Origin: Spirochaetota bacterium
GTDB lineage: Bacteria > Spirochaetota > Spirochaetia > SPDA01 > JBFMGN01
Length of the DNA stretch: 25,380 nucleotides
Direction: 5' to 3'
Assembly (NCBI GenBank): GCA_040752435.1
Contig: JBFMGN010000001.1
Span: 1-25,380, forward strand
The notes beneath the pieces were generated by a model. The model saw only the letters and a program-made list of their open reading frames with translations. It was not told the origin of the DNA and searched no databases. Numbering within the stretch: the stretch's first letter is position 1; each line of letters begins with the position of its first letter. This document shows positions 23,730-25,380 of the stretch, piece after piece. A program made the translations under genes and the position numbers.

Positions 23730-25007
23730 CTAATAGGTGGCATCCGGCCTGGGGAAAACCGCCTCGGCTTGTGCGTCGGCGAAAGGCCACACTACTTTCG
23801 GCTGCCCGTTGATTACCTGCATAACAACCGCCCGGGCGTGAGGGTTGTCACCTGTTTCCGTGAAGGTAAAACGATTAGTCGGAAATGTATCCACTGCCGG
23901 GCCGGAGGTGATGTCGAGCTTAAGGAAGGCTTGCCGTAAATTCTCAGGGTTCAATGGATCATCCGGAAACAGCCTGCCTGAAAGCTCCAAAGCTTCCTTT
24001 AAGACCCACATGGCGTAATAGTTCATGCCCGACGAATCAGTGGGGAGATTTCTCGTTTGGGCCTTAAAGTCTTTTACGAATTTCTGATTCCAGGTTGTGT
24101 TTTTCTCCGGGTTGTAGCCGTACGTATTGGAGTAATAGTTGCCGGTCTGCCCAAGAGCCTTAATCGAGTTGTCATCGACATAACCACAGGCGCCCATACC
24201 CGCAATGAACTTCGGTATTTTCCCCTTTTCACGGAAGGTTTTGGCAAAGAGAATCGCATCCATAAAATACGGGCAGTGTAACACGACATCCGCTTTGGCA
24301 TTGGTGATGTCTGACACGATCGAGGTCACATCGGAACTATCGTAGGGGTACTCCTTGTGATACACAATGGTAACTCCCTTGCCCAACGCAGCATTCACCG
24401 CACCCATGGCCACACTGCGGCCGAAGGCGGAGTCCTCGTTGATCAAGGCCACCCTGCTTTTACTCATATCGAATCCCTTTTTCTTGGCTATATCCGCCAG
24501 GAACTCAACGGCGGAAGAACCGTACTGGCCGGCATTCGCCGAAGGGCGGAACAGATAGCGCCGTCCCATGGCGGTTAAACTGTCTGCCAGAGCATCAGTA
24601 ACAAGGATCACCTTGTTGCGCTCCATGACCTCCGAGGCGGTTATAGTCAAGCGGCTGATGTACAATCCCAGGATAGCCACAGGATGATACTTGCTGATGA
24701 GGCTCTCCGCTCCCAATTTGGCGCTGTCAGGAGATTCCCCGCAATCCTCCGCCACCAGGGACAACGGAATACCCTTGAGAGAGGCGATGCCACCCGTCTC
24801 GTTGATGTGCTTAATGGCGATCTCCATTCCGATTTTAGCTTCAGTTCCGAATACGGCATAGGAGCCGGTTAAGGGTTCGAGGCAGCCCACTACGATTTTT
24901 TCGGGAAGGGCTTTAGGGGCTTCTTCCTTCTGACCGGCAGCAAAGACGGTGATGCTGGAAAACAAAAAACCTAATACAGCAACCGTGATAATACACCATT
25001 TCTTCAT
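23730..25007 (-). CDS. HAAT ABC transporter substrate-binding protein (LivJ/LivK family)
   Basis: Signal peptide ending ..VFAAGQKEE, then IVVGCLEPLTGSYAVFG, INETGGI, EDSAFG. GAGGAGG SD upstream. Confidence 0.92.
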   Translation of the reverse strand: MKKWCIITVAVLGFLFSSITVFAAGQKEEAPKALPEKIVVGCLEPLTGSYAVFGTEAKIGMEIAIKHINETGGIASLKGIPLSLVAEDCGESPDSAKLGAESLISKYHPVAILGLYISRLTITASEVMERNKVILVTDALADSLTAMGRRYLFRPSANAGQYGSSAVEFLADIAKKKGFDMSKSRVALINEDSAFGRSVAMGAVNAALGKGVTIVYHKEYPYDSSDVTSIVSDITNAKADVVLHCPYFMDAILFAKTFREKGKIPKFIAGMGACGYVDDNSIKALGQTGNYYSNTYGYNPEKNTTWNQKFVKDFKAQTRNLPTDSSGMNYYAMWVLKEALELSGRLFPDDPLNPENLRQAFLKLDITSGPAVDTFPTNRFTFTETGDNPHARAVVMQVINGQPKVVWPFADAQAEAVFPRPDATY

Positions 25008-25043
25008 ACTCTACCTCCTCTAAGAAATGTATTATTAAAAATA

Positions 25044-25072
25044 ACTTTAAAGCACACTGATACCCTTGTCAA
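25044..25072 (-). promoter_or_regulatory. Sigma70 promoter of the liv-type operon
   Basis: TTGACA (25072-25067)-N17-TAAAGT (25049-25044). Confidence 0.65.
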
Positions 25073-25179
25073 ATTATTATTATCAGAAAAAAAACAAATA
25101 ATTCTCAATATATGGAATTATTCTTAAACCTGGGGTATGGAAAGGAGGAGAAAAATGACATGTATTTCGGAACAGATTA

Positions 25180-25380
25180 TTACCTTGCCGCTCTCTTCAA
25201 TTTTTTTTCGGATCCCCTGGAAATAATCTGGATTGACAGTAGAAGGGACACAGAAAAAGCAAGCAGCAGGGAAGCAACGGCTGAAATGGTCGGATTGATA
25301 GCGATTCGGATACCATCCCACATCTGTTTGGGAAGGGTCGGTTTGCTGCCGCATAAAAATATTGCCACCACCACCTCGTC
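25180..25380 (-). CDS. C-terminus of a PotC-like (polyamine/opine-type) ABC permease, truncated by the window edge
   Basis: The frame is open to the edge: DEVVVAIFLCGSKPTLPKQMWDGIRIAINPTISAVASLL, matching the PotC C-terminal pattern. Confidence 0.8.
   Translation of the reverse strand, partial: DEVVVAIFLCGSKPTLPKQMWDGIRIAINPTISAVASLLLAFSVSLLLSIQIISRGSEKKLKRAAR

Overview
The window looks like chromosomal DNA of an anaerobic bacterium, probably a spirochaete (inferred from the 'FAAGQKE' solute-binding-protein N-terminus and spirochaete-style lipoprotein signals). It has three blocks. (1) 1-4023: the 3' part of an RND efflux operon (AcrB-type permease, two-domain lipoprotein, TolC). (2) About 4080-9750: an AT-richer, decaying integron on the minus strand. 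It has a probable attI at about 9500, four degenerate attC sites and no intact integrase in the window. Its cassettes, in order, are a stand-alone divergent class III nucleotidyl cyclase-like gene, a BglII/BstYI-type restriction-modification pair (both genes broken), a RHH-antitoxin/MazF toxin pair, an orphan 4-TM protein, and a collapsed mosaic of methyltransferase, four-helix-bundle and HepT fragments, followed by a BrnA fragment. (3) 9925-25380: a metabolic cluster with a RACo-type corrinoid activator, XdhC, two divergently transcribed xanthine-dehydrogenase-family Mo-enzyme heterotrimers (one with non-canonical Moco-contact motifs), a complete Liv-type ABC importer and the 3' end of a PotC-like permease. 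All family assignments come from motif recognition by eye; no database searches were run.
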